64,000 nt of DNA from Vicugna vicugna (lineage: Eukaryota): assembly GCA_013265495.1 (NCBI GenBank), contig MU058844.1, positions 5,641,260-5,705,259 of the forward strand, given 5' to 3'. The notes beneath the pieces are model-generated. The model was given only the letters and a program-made list of their open reading frames with translations, was not told the origin of the DNA and ran no database searches. Position 1 is the stretch's first letter. The number at the start of each line of letters is the position of its first letter. Of this stretch, positions 49,436-62,630 are shown one piece after another. The translations under genes and the position numbers were made by a program.

Positions 49436-52400
49436 GGGCCCTCTATTTTGGCATTTCGTAGTTAAGATTCATATAAACAGTTCTGATTAAAAAGTACTGG
49501 CTTAGAATGTAAATTTAAGAGCCCTTTTGAGAGTCTTAACATTGACCTCTCTTGGGAACCTGTTGCAAAAACCAAACCAAACCAAACAAACAAATTAAGA
49601 TAATCAATTCAGATGTTAAGCATATTGTCTAACACTTAGTAAATACTCAAACCAGTGATGATGATAATGATATTTTTCTTTCTTTTACTATTATAATAAT
49701 TTTAATTCTCCTTGTAGTAATATGGATTCCTCTGAATGATTTGAAGAGTCTACTACAAAGTTATGGCATGGTAGAAAACCGTATAATGACTAGTAATCTG
49801 TTTCTCCTTATCTTTCATATGTAAACATCCATATGTGTGAAGCAATATTTTGAGCACAATGTGTTTTACATGAATAACCCCTTTCTCTTGTCAAATAAAA
49901 GGTGGTTGTGTTCAGATGTCCCTCATCAAGATCCTAAATTCATTTCTAAGTTTTTATGAGATTAATATTGTTCCATGATTGTCAAGACAGAGGTAGTAGG
50001 CCTCGATTTGATTTAATTTGAGTAACATGAGACAAAAGGCAAGGAAATTGAGGTGAAAGGAAAGAAGTCAGGAATGAAGTTGTGAAGTTGTATGACAAGG
50101 CAACATATATTTATAAGAAAGCAAGTGAAGAATCCTTAATTAAGAAGTAGTGTGAAAACACAGAAATTGTAGTTATTCAGAGAACATGGTGGAAAAAAAT
50201 TCGTTTTGCCTACTGATTTTTAGGTCTTTTACAGAGATTAATCATGATGCTCAAAAGAGATCTAGAAAATAAGTTAGAGCATATATTCAATTGAGCTATC
50301 TTCCAATAATAAGTTAATGATTTCTGTTTGCATTTAAAAATAGTGTTCTGAATCACTAAAACAGCATGGGCTTCTTACCTTCACATCTGAGAATTCATAT
50401 TTCTTTAACATACAAGAGAAGAGACCTTCCTTTATCTGTATTTAATCATTTTCTCCTTCTCTAGAGTAAAATTTACTGACAGATAAACATAGTTAAACGT
50501 CTTGGGGATATTTATTCTCAGAAGAGAAGGTGATATGGCCTAAGAATTCTAAGTATTTTCAAAATTGTATCTACACAGGAAACAGAAATAAAGATAATGT
50601 ACTAAAGCTGCCACACAATAGATTTAAGGTAGACATAAAGAAAAGAATGACAGTGAAGATGACTAAGTACAAAACAGGAATACAAGCAAGGTCAATAAAT
50701 AGATATTCTTACCAGATTCGGTCATGCCTAGAATTTAGTAGATGGAAAACGTAATTCTCAGGTATCTCTTACTGTACCACTGAGTTATCATAGGTTCATA
50801 AAGTATATTTTGAACATTGCTTGCATTTTTAAAAAGCAATATAGAAGTCTTTATGAAACAAAATAAAACCATTTATTATAAATAGATTAGCCTCTGGAAT
50901 AAGTTTGGAATGAAGCACTTAGGCACTGTGTTAGCAGAAAGTAATGTCTTGAAGTGACACATTTTTAAGATGATTTAAATAATTCCTGCTTTTCAGTACG
51001 TTTTAACAAATACCCTTAACCAGTTATTCTTTTTAGACTGAAAAGTTACCTGATAGAAGCATTCACACACATTAATTCTTTATATACTTAACGTATTATA
51101 TTTCTTTAAATAATAACAACAAACAACAGAATGAACTAGTGTATTAAGAGTGTTAATGGCCACATAAGCAGAGCTGCCATCTTGTGGATACTCGGCAATG
51201 AGCCATTTGTTGATGCTGTAAGACCCAGTAAAATGCTGTATTCTAATATTCCTAACTGCTCGGAGTGAGTAGTAAGTAATGTTCAAAACCTGTTTCAATT
51301 TCCAAGTCCTGCCTATAAAGTTATCACCTGAAGGACATGTTCATTTCTTCCAAAGTTAGCATTAACCTAAACCTTATTAATATGTAGGTTGGGAAACATT
51401 GGAGGATGGTTTCTCCAGTTTAATTAGCCTCTATGCTGATTTATTTTGATAATATAAATAATTAGTTTAACCACAGAATTGATGTAACAGAAATAATTGT
51501 CAGGCAATTAAGTACTGCACTGCTTTCAACTCCTGGGAAATATATAGTATGTAAATATAGTAATAAAATTGAGATGTACTTGATTTGAAGTACAAAACAT
51601 CTTTTACTTGATTTGTGAAAAATATTTTTATAGATTCGAAGTTCTTCATATCAGAAAACATTTACTAATATAAATTTACTCAAAATAAAGCCTAGATTAA
51701 TTCCTGTGTTTTTTCCCCCTTTATATTGAGCCCCTACATGGTTGTAAAAGCTAAAATATTTGTCTGTTCTCTGGAATTCACAAGTGTCAGCAGGCCATTG
51801 TAGTGAGAGGAATGTAATAAATGATGAAAGTGTCGGCAAATTCAATATAAAATGTGCTGTTTGTTATTTTTCTTCTTTATGAAATTGTATATTTTTTAAA
51901 TTCTAGAAAAAATGTATTTTGCTTTTCTACATATATATCATAAAGAGTGCATTAAAAACAAAACATTAACCATTCTTTTTTTTTTTTACATTCCCTTAAT
52001 GTTTTATCATTTTTGTGTGTAGGATTTTTTTTTAACATTAAGTAATGAGGTTGGATCTCTTACTAGTAATATTTTATGATAATAATAAGAATTTTTATGT
52101 CTTATCATCAGTGTTCATGTTACATATTCACTATCTTATTTTTGGCTTTAACCCAGATGTATGTGCAGACTGATGTTCAAGTATCATTAGACTTTCCAAA
52201 AGGACATTCTGCAAATAAATCACCAAAGGGACCTGACCTTTAATAGCTCTGCTCTTCTTCAAGAAACACTATCAAAGAATTACTAAAACTTTCATAACTT
52301 CCACTCATTAATTTCGGATGACTACTGCCCACCATAAGGAAATACAATTTTTCTGTTCTTACATGTAAAATACTATACTACAGTAATCTCACTGATTTCC

Positions 52401-53714
52401 ATATATCATATATTATGTGCTGTAGGTTTCTGAAACTTCCTTAAGTGTGCAGATGTAATTATTTCAAACTAAAATATAAATTGTATCCTAATGAATTACA
52501 ATAAAATTTAAAATTGAATTAATATATGGAAAAGGATTCATTCATTATTGTAAGCCAGCTTTATTTTTAAATAGTTCTACCACATTTTCCTTCTATCCTA
52601 TTCAGTCTCCTAGGAATTAAATAATATCCCATCTATTTTTCTATTTTATACACAATTCAAACATTTATGCTTTCATACTTAACAAGTGAACTCCCTTAAA
52701 ATTTTACTGATGCATTAATTAGTCTTGATCTTGTGTAACAGGTAAGCACAGAAATCTGTATTCTTAAAAAAATCTTATCTGCATATTTTAATAACACAAA
52801 ACTAGAGCTCTTTATCAAGATACTAACTTACTAATGGATCATGTTAAGATCTAGGTATTTGATACAAAATGTTTTCACAGCCTCATGAGTATTTCTCTTT
52901 CTGTCTTCATAGTGTCCCTATGTGTATGTGGCATGACAGCACCCAAGCAAATGCAAAACAAAAACAGAAACATAATCTGAGTTTGTTAAAATCACCAGGA
53001 TGTACATTTATCTTAAAAATTAACTGAATGGTATATATATCAGTATACTTTCTATGTGCAACAAGTTGTAATCTAATTTTGCTAGTTATCTATCTCTACT
53101 ATTAAATATTTATACCATGGAACTTTTATATGATGTATAAATTGAAGGAGCATATTTTATTTCATAAGTAATTATTTTCTCCATGACATATCTTCTTGGC
53201 AGTTACAATGTCTGAGTGTTATCATTTGTCTCCCAGAAATGCAGTTGACATTCCCATTGTCCAAATTCATCTTTCTGATCTGTAATTCAATTTTATGTCA
53301 CTTTGCATGGCAATGAATCCTTTTTTTATACACATTTCTATCTAAACCCCCATGTTTTTAGGCAGAAATAAATGAACAGTGTCTTTCACGTTGGCCCAAA
53401 GTACATTTTGACAAATAGTCTTCTTGAATCTAGATTTTTTTCATTTGACTAATAGATTAAGTTCCAGATAATACCAGGCGGGGCAATGGCTTCAAAAAGA
53501 GACGACTGAGTGAATCAGTGTTATAAATCAAGTTAATTTGAAACATTATTTTCTAGCTGAAATTTTAAGAGTTTAGAATAATCATATTTCTTCCTTCATT
53601 ATTTCGAAGGTGCTAACTTGACTCTTCATTTTAAACTACCCAAATGCCTTTAAAATGAACACATTCGATCTTTTGCATAGCAACAATATTATTAATTGCA
53701 TCTTATTTTATGTA

Positions 53715-53920
53715 GCAATTTTTATTTTATGTAATATGTTTCATACATTGCCTCATTTAATCCCTATATCAACTTTTTTTGGTGTAAGTGGCATTGCTGT
53801 TCTTACTCTATACATGAACATTACTGATTTTCTGAAGTTCTTACAGATAGTAGGTGATGGAGCCAGATCTGAAGGCTGGAGCTTTTGAACCCAAATTTAG
53901 AACCCGTACCCTATACGCAC
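53715..53920 (-). mobile_element. MIR remnant
   Basis: cattgcctcatttaatcc...cagatagtaggtgatggagccag. Confidence 0.55.
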
Positions 53921-54234
53921 ACCAACTTGCTACTCAGAGTAATCAAATAATCAAACCAACAGTCATGAAAGTCAGAACTCGGAAGGAAATACTGAATGTA
54001 TGGTCTGTGAAATGTCTTTTCAGGTATTTTCAACTTTTAGAATTCTTATTGTGTCATACAATAAAACAGTTTTTTGTTATTGGAAATGTGAAGGGATTAT
54101 AACAACTATTTGCCTTGAATCCATTATTCAGAAGGACATGAACCAACCTAATGGCACACAGGGGCACTGTTGGTGACCTTCCTTTCCCTAAAGGTGGGGA
54201 TGAATGCTGCGAATTTCTCTCCCTCTCTCTCCAG

Positions 54235-54336
54235 GAGTGTGTACCATTTGCATGCTGAGCTGCACAGCTTTCAAAGGGCTTGCCCTGGGGTCTGACTGGG
54301 CTGGATTTAGAAGGAGCTGGTCATTGAATAGCTCTG
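54235..54336 (+). other. Candidate 102-nt exon (gene unidentified)
   Basis: Acceptor ttctctccctctctctccag|G and donor CTG|gtaatt. One reading frame is open. No homology is recognised. Confidence 0.25.
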
Positions 54337-55159
54337 GTAATTCGTGCATCTCACAGTTATGCGGCTGACAGCTCCTTTTGGTGGGGAAAGCTTGGATATA
54401 TTTCAAGGTGATTGTAGTTTTGTCCCTCTGGCAGCAAGCTGCTGCAACCAGCTTAGCCCATTATCCTCCTCTCCCACTGGATTTAAGCCCGGGGAGAAGT
54501 CTCGGGCTTTTGTCAGGATAGAAGGTGGAAGATGGATAATTATTCCCTGTTTGTGCTCAAAGAGGACAGCACTATATTATAAAGTAGCCTTCATTTACTG
54601 AAATGGACTTGTCTACAAGTCCAGTGACTTATAAATTACTCTTTGTAAAAACCAAAATTTAACATTGTTTTTTAGTGATGTTACATTTCTAATATCTCAC
54701 ACTTTAAGCTTTATTTCACAAAACTTTGGAGGTACTGTTTAACATTCAGAGAGTAAAATGCATTTTCATTTTTAAATTTTATTAGAAGATTTAAAAATAC
54801 ACGTGGCTGCTCTGACAAATTGATTGAAAGCTCCACTGTATAACTGTGTACATTGTAATTTTTCTCAACTCGACTTTCTTCATCTCGTGGGATAGTTCTG
54901 TAAAATCTAGTCAAAGTAATTAGAAAATTTTAAATTCCAGATGATGTAGTTGTATTAATGTTTGTGGAATACCTTTTATAAATACTGTTATTTAATAAAC
55001 ATATCTGAAAGATGAAATTCCCACAGATCCTAATTAATTACTTATATAAGTCATCCTTAGCATATTTGGGGGGTGCTGTTTTCAGTTGGCCATCCTCCAG
55101 TAGCTCAGCATCTCCCCTTTTCAGCAAAAATTATAGTCAGAGATGAGCATTTCAATTTG

Positions 55160-55441
55160 CAGCTGACAGTTTAGGGTTAAGATATGATTCCAGGTAACAG
55201 AAGCCAATGAGAGTACACCCAGTTGATGTTTGTGACATCATCCTCCAGTCGGAGTACATAGAAGAGCTGAGGTAGCGTTCAGTTTCAGCCCCAGTGCCAT
55301 TATGATGGATGTTTACATCTCCTCTTTGAGAGCCAATTATCTCGCTTTTGTGTGAGGCCCGGGGATCACTCAGGCTGCCAGGCTGCACACAGCACTGTTG
55401 GATGTAGCTGAACGAATTGTTTTTCCCTGTCTCTGGTAAGA
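55160..55441 (+). promoter_or_regulatory. Candidate CpG-poor alternative promoter and first exon
   Basis: CAGCTGACAG (55160), AGCCAATGAG (55202), TGACATCA (55233), a second CCAAT (55333) and a strong donor CTG|GTAAGA at 55435/55436, all in repeat-free, locally GC-raised DNA. Confidence 0.4.
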
Positions 55442-58400
55442 GCCTCTTCTGTTTTACCTTCTCTTTCAAAATAAAGGTAGATGTGTCTAACAGGGGAAAC
55501 AGTGTAAGAAACTGGTGTCAGGGTTGAACAGGATTACTATTCGGCAAGCTTTTAATCAGAGCAATGTTTAGCAGTTTTAAAGGAAGTGTGGATTGAGCAA
55601 AATGAATTGAAAAAAGCATGCTAACATGTACCTGGCAAACTAATTTGCAGTAGAAAATGAATGGCAGGTAATTCAGCTTTTCTTTAGAAAAAGGAAAGTA
55701 ACTTCTATTAGGAGATTGTTATTTTGAATGTGTTTTTAAAAATTTATGTGTATGTGTTTAATACTCTGCTCCATTTCTTTATAATTTGCTATTAGCAGCA
55801 AAGAGTAGAAGTAGAAATGATCAACCAGGTGGTGTTCCTATAAATTTAAAATGAGTCAAAGTTTCTCATTGTTAAATGATAGTTCTTTGGGACAGTTTTC
55901 CAAAGTTGTACCTATACCAGAAAACAGAATTTACCAAGTGAGCAAAGGCTTTAGCTTTTGAAATGAAGTTGTAGTACTTTGCATTCATGTTTATTATTTT
56001 TAACCTGGGAAATGATAATAACAAACAGTTTTAAGGGATATACTGTTTTTTTCTTTTTTTTCCTGGAATTGAGAGATGTTAAAACCATTGATTGTATTAG
56101 GTGCTTTTGAATGCATAACAAAATTATGTGTTTTATTTATCTGCAGAATATTTAATCCCTGAAGTTAAAGCTTTCACTTATATAATCACTTACTAGTAGT
56201 GATATTACACCTGAGGATCCTTACAGTATTGTAGCAAAACAAATATATTTACAGCTGTTGAATTACTATGGACATAGATGATTAAATCTGGCAGGAATCC
56301 TGAAAAATCAGATACAATAAAAGCTTTTAATTGACTGAGAATGTTCACATGCTACCAAATGAAGAATTCAAACACACTTTTAACTCCTTTACTATTGCCT
56401 GTTATCATGGTATAAAGCAGCAGTCTTTTGTTATCTCAAAGTTGAATGCAGTTATTTATGAAATGCAGGCACAGAAAGGTGTAAATAGCTGTTGTTTAAT
56501 AACATCTCCATCTCTGCTAGGGTAATAAAACTTTTGAATCACGACTTGTCCGTCAGGCTGTGATTTGCTCACGCTTTTCAGATTTATTTTTCACTCTGCT
56601 TTAAGAGAGACTGTTTGTGCCTGTGCAAACCATGAATTTGGATAGTTAGACATCAGGGTTTGGAGGTGCTCAACTTGTGCTCAAAGACAGCGGGAGCTTC
56701 TCGACTATGTCACACTTCTCTGTCTTCTACCAGCCCAGTCCTGTTTGGCAATGCTTGATGTTAACTGTTGCTCGATTCAATTCCGGTCTGAGCAAAACTG
56801 AGTTTGTAGAAAGAGTCAGATGTGTATTAATGGCACCTAAAGAACGGAGCTTGTCATCTCAGCCAAAACAGTATATAATCTACCAACCTCAAAAGCTTAC
56901 AAATGTGCATCTGGGATTAACATTTACGGGGAGATTTATGTTGGCGTATGCTGTGAATTTCAAAATCTAAAAGTGAGAATCCATAAATTTTGATAACGTG
57001 AACTCGAAAGCGAAATGGTTCATTGCTTTGAAGTGTTTTTTTTTTCCATTAAGTACTTTAAAGTGCAGTTGAATAGCCCAAAGGTATTGACTCAGTCATT
57101 TTCACAGGTGATCAATCTTGACCAAGGGAAAGCATTTGTTTCCTAACAATTAATTCTCTAAAAATCAATTTATATCATTGTGTCAACAATGAAGAAAATC
57201 TTACTCAGCTAATTAACAGTCTAGACGTTTAAAATTGTATTTTCTGCTGTGTGTAAGTGCTTTTCTCAGTATTATTGTCTCTAATCACAAACGCACTGCT
57301 TCACTGCTTTGGTAGTGATGACGGTGTTAAAATTGCTTATCTTCTTGTTTTCCTTTGAACAACTTTGTACAACATGGATATACATGATATCATCTACCTG
57401 GATGGTAGACTTTATTGACAGAAAGTTTTTGCTTTGAATTTTAATTTTTTAGAGAAAGGACGTCAGTGAGTTCATAGCAGTTTTCCAAGCCACAAACTCC
57501 CTAGAAAGAATTCTTAGCATGGGGCACCATAGGTGGAAGATGTGTGATGCTACAAGTATGGCTGTGTTACTTGCCTCCTTTCGAACACATGTGTTCTTTG
57601 TCTGAGTTCAGTCATCATTTTTTTTGCATTTTTCTTCTCTGTATTGTCTTATCCAATTCTTTGCACCTGGTGTACCAAGTTAAATGTTATTAAGTGACAG
57701 GTTTTACAGATCTTAAGAAGAGTTGGGAAAAGTGCACAGTGATAAAAGAGATTCCTGTTACCCTTTCTGAAGTTGTCTGCATTTCCCAGAGGCTGAGGGT
57801 GATATTTTGTTTTCTTCTGAAAATTGCTACTAAAATTATGATATTATCACTTACTCCAAAATAACTCTCTTCTTTCCCTTCTTGTATGTTTCTTGTATGC
57901 TTTAAACTTATGTAAGCACCTTCATTAGCACCTTTTAACGCATTGTACCATTTAGTTTTCAACTTTCTCAGTTGAAGTACTTGGATATGTCATGAATTCT
58001 GTGCTTGTCTTAACAGTGTGAAATTCTGGATTTCCATGGCCAACTTTTTAGTGAAGCCCAAAATATAGTAACCACAATGTCAGCTTAGCTTAGGCTTGTA
58101 TTAATATGTGAATGCATGGAGACTTAGGTGTGTATTTTATATACATGAGCATAGTGTTTATCAGCACTTTAAAAATTTAACAGTTGTTTTTGTGGGCATA
58201 ATATCATTCATTCTTAATAATTGATCTGTGTTAAGTAATTGATATTATTACCTGCTAATAACACTGCTTACCTGCTGCTAAGGAAACAGAGACTAATGGT
58301 TTTTAACTTGTTGCCAGAGATCACCCAGTCAGTAAATCAGTAAATGGAGAAGACTCAGGAATGGGTTTTCAAAATTCAATGCCCCAGTCAATCAATATCT

Positions 58401-60199
58401 TTCCCTCTCCGTCCCTCCCACCCTCCGGATACCTGGATGTTTAACTAGTTTTTGTTGTTGTTTTTTTTGCTTTGCTTTTGTTGTCTGCTCTGTGTCATGT
58501 ATTCTTCTAGGTGCTTGGGATGTATTTATCACTGAACAACATAAAATATCCTTGCTCTTGTGCATGCTGTATGTTTTCCTATCTGGCAAGGTCTCCTCTG
58601 ATAAATTACTAAAAATATAGAATGTATTTCAAGGTGTGGCAGAATAAAACAGAGAACTTGCTGGAAAACAGGAAACATGAGTTGAGGTATGGACTTATTT
58701 GCTTTTCTTGTGTTTCTGTGTGTCCTTAAGTTCTCAGTTATGTTCTAACCAAAATAGATTTGTAAAACTTTGCATTTGGATATTGTGAAGCTGTCAGTTA
58801 TTTTATAATTTACATTTTAATCCCAAATGTGATCACTACAACTTTACAAAAATAAAATGCTTAAATTACAATGGATTCCAAAAAAAACACTTTTGGACAA
58901 AGTTATTTAGTATTGTGGAGTACATTCAAACAATCTATCTTCATACTCATCCTCTGTAATAAAGTTCTTGATGGTCATAATTCATTGAGTTTACAATTGT
59001 TTGGCTTTAGATAGAGTTTAGATAGATTAAATAGAAGAGTGAGAAATGGATGAATTTTGTCTTTGTTCGAAGTTTAAAAATTAAATTGTGTTCGAATAAA
59101 GCAGAGTAGAGATAATCCGAAATTTTACACCCATTTTTTCAGTAGGTTGGCATATATTAATACTAGTTTCTAGGACAGTTGAACTGAAAGTGAGATTTAC
59201 TACTCACTGAATTTATTTACAGACGTCCAGTGATTTAAAGGAACAAAAAAGAGAAGCCTGAAATCTAACCTCCTCAGAAAAAATCAGTCTGTACATAGAA
59301 CCTATCAGTTGAAGATAAACCATTTTTAGATGGTATCATTTAATTAGCCACTGAAGAGTCTATCTAGCGACATGCACATAAATTGTAAAACAACCCAAAG
59401 TTGCCTGAACACACTTGATTTAGCACAAAATATTTTACTCTTGTTAATATTGCATAATAAGACAATTATATCCCTGAACTTAATCCCTTTGCTAATGTGC
59501 ATTTGAAATGTGCAGAGTGAGGGAGTGAAATGAAAATGCAATAATTAAGAGTATGAATAGGCTAAATTCAAGGGATATTAAGCCATGGGTGTTTTGCCCA
59601 AAACAAGTTTTACAAGACACTAGGCCTTGAATTCAGCTAATTATTCCTAAGATTATTCCAGAATTAATTTTTGTGATCTATTATTTCTATTGAAGTATAC
59701 ATAATTAGTTTTAATAATGTTTGTGATAAATAAAATATAAACTGACATCAAAGTGGGTGTTTTAAATGTAAAATTCTATTAAAAGCAGAGGATTACTTGT
59801 TTTGTAATACTGATTTTAGTGGCAAGGAACTGAGTGTAATATAAGGACTGTCTTGGTCACAATCCTTGTTTGAAAGTGACTCTTTGTCCTCATACCACGA
59901 CACTGTAAAACTCTCAGAGGGGTACCATGGCACTTGAATCACTTTGAAAAACATATGTGGGCTAAAATAGCATATACACATTGGTACTGCCAAGTCAGAG
60001 CTGGGTGAAGTTTACAATGTGGAGCAGAGCATGGTAAAATCTGCTGTGACTGAGTGAGAGGTGTGATGGAAAGTTAAGTTCCAGCAACTCTTCTCAATTT
60101 TAAGCGCATGAGAGACTGTGTTTGGATAAGCAAAGAGTTCTGCTCAGCAGAGCCACCAGAGAGGACACTTTCAAAGACAATTTTTGTTTGCTTCCTTGT

Positions 60200-60450
60200 G
60201 GGTTTGCCTGCATTGTGGTGAGAATATGGCGTCTGGGACGAGACTACCTGAGTACAAGTTCTTGCTCCATCCCTTTCAGGCCTTCATTTCTTCATATAAA
60301 AACTGGGAGAAATTAAAGTACCTACCTCATAGGGTCATTGAGAAAATTTTGTTGAGCTAATCTTAGGAGCATTGGGAACAGTGTCTGGCATGCAGTATGT
60401 GCTCAGCCAGTGTTGCCACCTTTTAAGATTTTTATTGCTACTGACTTGCT
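60200..60450 (+). mobile_element. MIR SINE
   Basis: ttcttcatataaaaactggga...gtacctacctcatagggtcattgaga...ggaacagtgtctggcatgcagtatgtgctca. Confidence 0.8.
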
Positions 60451-60453
60451 TAG

Positions 60454-60454
<1 letters not shown>

Positions 60455-60485
<31 letters not shown>
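60455..60485. repeat. (TG)n microsatellite
   Basis: Seen directly. Confidence 0.95.
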
Positions 60486-60488
<3 letters not shown>

Positions 60489-61399
60489 AAGTAATTCAGG
60501 AATTTCATTAAAAACCAGTTTTTACAAACAGAAAAATTCTGGTCTACCACAAAAACATTGGGAACTAATCATATTAATTACTCTTTAAAACTTGAAACTG
60601 ATTTCAGGAGATTTTAGTACTAGATACACCTTATCACTTATTGCATGTAAGTTTTCTGATATGTCTTAGATTTCACATTTTTAACATAAAAAAATGAATT
60701 AAATAAATTTAGATTAAATACCTTTTAGGAGCTTTTTGCAACTTTAACATTACTTGATACAGGACATCATTATGTGTGTGTATATACATACATACATATA
60801 TGTATATATATACCTATATGTGTATAACACAAATGGAAAATTCTTTAGCTTTGCCTTCTACTTTTTACTTTGTTTTACTCTATTTGCCTTTACCTTTTTA
60901 TTCTATTATTTTTTGTGAGTTGATGAAAGTTTCAAACTTGCAGTTATAAAAGGTTCAATTTATTGTGATATATATATATATATGTGTATAAAAAGGTCAA
61001 CACTCTAATACTTTCCAACAGCTTATGGTCTCATGTGGATGACGAAATGGTGACAGAATTGGGCTAAAGTCCTTTTCTAACTCATGCTGTTCTGTATCCC
61101 CAACACACCCTAAAAGGCAAAATAAATGTTTTCATTTTTAAAATCTGTGTGTTGTGTGTGTGTGTGTGTAGTTTATTTTGTTCTGTTTTAGTGGAGTATC
61201 TACCATGTGTCCAACATTACATCAAGAGAGATACAAATAGATAAGTATAGAAATATTAAGTTCCCCAGAGTTCATAATCTTGTAGAATCAAGATGTTAAT
61301 ATATGTGTAAAACATAAAAAAAAAACAGTCATTTTACTAAGGTGTTTTTTCTCCTTTACTTCTAAATGCTCTTACTCTATAAATTATTTTTTTAAATAC

Positions 61400-61760
61400 A
61401 CACTATTACTGAGCACCTGTGGCATGTCCACAATGAACAAACTACCACCACTGCTGTCAAGGGCTCATGGTCTAGAGGTCAACACAAAGTCGAATATAAA
61501 TAATTATACAACATTGTGATAAGTTCTATATTAGAGGTTTGCAGAGTCCTGAGGGAGCAGAGGCGAGAAGTGACTTCCTCTACCTGTGAAAATTAGAAAA
61601 AACTTTCCAAAATAAGCCATCATTTATCTGACTTTTAAAAAATGAGTAGAGTGTTTTCCAGGTCGAGATCAGACAGAGGTGCCTCCAGTAAGTACAAAGG
61701 CAGAATGGGAGGAGAAGGCACAGTGTGTTCGGGTAAGGACCAGTGTTTGGTAGGACCGGA
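61400..61760 (-). mobile_element. L2 remnant
   Basis: ttactgagcacctg...gggctcatggtctagagg...tgagtagagtgttttccagg. Confidence 0.6.
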
Positions 61761-62149
61761 GGCAGGGACGATGGGAAGCTCATTAGCACCTAATTATCAG
61801 AACAAATACTGGTTGTGAAAAACCAGTAGGGACAACCTGGTCGTAAGTGCATAAGTATAAGCCTTGGCTAGAAGGTTAAATTGAGTTTGTTCCTGAATTT
61901 AAATACTGTGGAAAGTCTGTGAAAAGGGAGCTGAACGAAGTACAGAGACTCAGAATTAGAGGCCTTTGATTCAGACAAAAGAACTAAATCTAAACTATTA
62001 GGACCGCCTGCTAGCTTTAGATCAGGAAGGAAGAGATGGTACTAAGGGTCGAAAATCAACACAAAGCTTGACATGGAAGAATAAATCTGAGCGTGACATT
62101 CGTGTTTTCCCCTCTCCCCATAGCCTCTCTTCGTCCCCTTGTCACCTGA

Positions 62150-62630
62150 AATTCTTTGGTAGCTTTCCATTACCTGCAAGCTAATGACAAAACTAATCCA
62201 GTTTGCAAGGCCCAGCATGGTTGCTGTGTGCATGCTGGGAACATTTGCCTTCCTTTTGCTTCTCTTACAATCTCTTCTCTGCCCCACCACTGAGACTTAG
62301 CTTGTGCCAGTCCTTCTGGTTAGCAGGTTCCTCTCGTATATTGAACTCCTACTCATCATTCAGATCTCTATTAAAGAGTTGCATCCTTAAGGTAGTACTC
62401 CTTGAGTTCCTTGACAGGGTCAAATCTTCCTATTATAGTCTCTTGCAATAATATTTAACACTGGCTAGAGTTGGAGTTAGAGGATTTCTTGGTTAATAAA
62501 GTTATTAATTCCAGTCTTCCCCATTCGACTTTAATCTTTATGAAAATAATGGCAGAGTCTGTTTTGAGTCATCACTGGATCTCCAGCATCTGGCATAATG
62601 TTTGGGTAAGGATAGCAGCTGCGTAAATGG
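62150..62630 (+). mobile_element. L2 3' remnant
   Basis: actcctactcatcattcagatctc...tcatcactggatctccagcatctggcataatg. Confidence 0.55.

Noticed and set aside
54485..54511. GC hairpin followed by a T run resembling an intrinsic terminator
   Set aside because: Mammalian context with no associated transcription unit. A short hairpin like this is expected by chance.
55225..55320. miRNA look-alikes (TGAGGTAG let-7 start; TGTAAACATCC miR-30 start on the minus strand)
   Set aside because: The matches stop after 8-11 nt and no precursor hairpin is evident.
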